DNA of 287 bases from Escherichia coli. Its GTDB lineage: Bacteria; Pseudomonadota; Gammaproteobacteria; Enterobacterales; Enterobacteriaceae. The notes under the pieces were generated by a model. That model was not told where the DNA came from. It saw nothing but the letters and a program-made list of their open reading frames with translations, and searched no databases. Made by a program: the position numbers and the translations under genes. The stretch lies in assembly GCF_003334255.1 (NCBI RefSeq), contig NZ_QOWU01000273.1; one strand, given 5' to 3'. Position 1 is the first letter of the stretch. Each line of letters starts with the position of its first letter. Below are positions 1 to 287 of the stretch, piece after piece.

Positions 1-248
1 CGGTTTTTGTGTTGCGTGCTGATGTGGTTAGAATGTTGCGAATTAATATCACCTGGCAACTGGTGATTGTCTGCATAGTCAACGGTGAAGGAGAAAGCCC
101 CGTATGTGGTGACGCTGCGGGCAGCCTGTTTACAGGCGCGGCGGTAATAGTCGTGCCAGTTGTTCAGGCGGGAAGCCAGCAGGGGATCCACCGCCCACAT
201 CCAGTTAAAGAAGTCCTGAATATCTGAAAGTCCCTTAACGCTCTTCAT
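1..248 (-). CDS. Hypothetical protein, N-terminal 82 codons (3' end outside the window). Translation: MKSVKGLSDIQDFFNWMWAVDPLLASRLNNWHDYYRRACKQAARSVTTYGAFSFTVDYADNHQLPGDINSQHSNHISTQHKN...
   Basis: Seen in sequence: reverse complement of 246..248 is ATG, followed by 81 further sense codons with no stop through position 3 (positions 1-2 are the first two bases of the next codon). GGAGG sits 5 nt upstream of the ATG. Codon choice is enterobacterial-like (CTG x3, CGC x4, AAC, GAC, TTC, ACC, and only one AGA/AGG/ATA/CTA-class rare codon), and by my hand count about 53 of 82 codons end in G or C against roughly 50% overall GC. The ORF was absent from the supplied track, presumably because it has no stop inside the window. 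Product unknown: no recognisable Walker, HTH, CxxC pair, signal peptide or transmembrane segment. The true start could lie upstream, since the frame stays open to position 287. Confidence 0.75.
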   Translation of the reverse strand, partial: MKSVKGLSDIQDFFNWMWAVDPLLASRLNNWHDYYRRACKQAARSVTTYGAFSFTVDYADNHQLPGDINSQHSNHISTQHKN

Positions 249-253
249 GAGAA

Positions 254-258
254 CCTCC
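254..258 (-). promoter_or_regulatory. Shine-Dalgarno / ribosome-binding site (GGAGG) for the minus-strand CDS
   Basis: Seen in sequence: plus-strand cctcc at 254..258 reads GGAGG on the minus strand; the context is CCGGAGGTTCTCATG, with a 5-nt spacer (TTCTC) to the ATG at complement 246..248. This is a perfect core match to the anti-SD complement at acceptable, slightly short spacing. Caveat: if the ORF continues in-frame from upstream, this is just codons CCG-GAG-GTT. Confidence 0.5.
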
Positions 259-287
259 GGTAACAGACGTGCGGAAGCCTCCCGCGC

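Noticed and set aside
7-34. Sigma70-like hexamers on the plus strand: TTGTGT (7..12), 16-nt spacer, TAGAAT (29..34), which would drive an antisense transcript across the minus-strand gene start
   Set aside because: The -35 matches consensus at only 3 of 6 positions, there is no extended -10 TG, and the motif lies inside coding sequence in a locally AT-richer stretch where chance matches are common. Only TSS mapping (dRNA-seq or 5' RACE) could revive this.
184-189. GGATCC palindrome containing a GATC Dam site
   Set aside because: A single 6-bp palindrome is expected by chance; it sits in coding sequence (W-A-V-D-P codons) and has no regulatory context.
198-200. Second in-frame ATG (Met17) as an alternative start for the minus-strand gene
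   Set aside because: No SD-like purine run lies 5-10 nt upstream (context TTCTTTAACTGGATG), whereas the ATG at 246..248 has a perfect GGAGG.
9-227. Plus-strand 72-aa ORF from the supplied track (GTG start at 9, TGA stop at 225..227)
   Set aside because: It lies in the exact antisense register of a better-supported minus-strand gene, has a non-ATG start with no SD, rare-codon usage and a low-complexity V/A/G-rich translation. Most likely a shadow ORF.
271-285. Short GC-rich inverted repeat (GCGG ... CCGC, 4-bp stem, 7-nt loop) near the right edge
   Set aside because: The stem is too short, no U-tract follows on either strand, and it lies upstream of or inside coding sequence. Not a credible Rho-independent terminator or element end.

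Overview
This 287-bp window appears to be almost entirely coding, but on the minus strand, not the plus strand shown in the ORF track. A minus-strand ORF starts at an ATG (complement of 246..248) five nucleotides downstream of a perfect GGAGG Shine-Dalgarno (complement of 254..258) and runs leftward with no stop through position 1, giving at least 82 codons with the 3' end outside the window. Its translation by hand is MKSVKGLSDIQDFFNWMWAVDPLLASRLNNWHDYYRRACKQAARSVTTYGAFSFTVDYADNHQLPGDINSQHSNHISTQHKN... I do not recognise this protein or any signature motif in it, so the product is called hypothetical. The track's plus-strand ORF (9..227) is most likely a same-register antisense shadow of this gene. 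The 39 nt upstream of the ATG (249..287) are GC-rich, have no promoter-like hexamers and are open in all three minus frames, so the gene is probably internal to an operon or its true start lies further upstream. I see no tRNA/rRNA, CRISPR repeats, inverted-repeat element ends or convincing terminator. Nothing here can be tied to a specific biological system from sequence alone; a homology or structure search and flanking context are needed.
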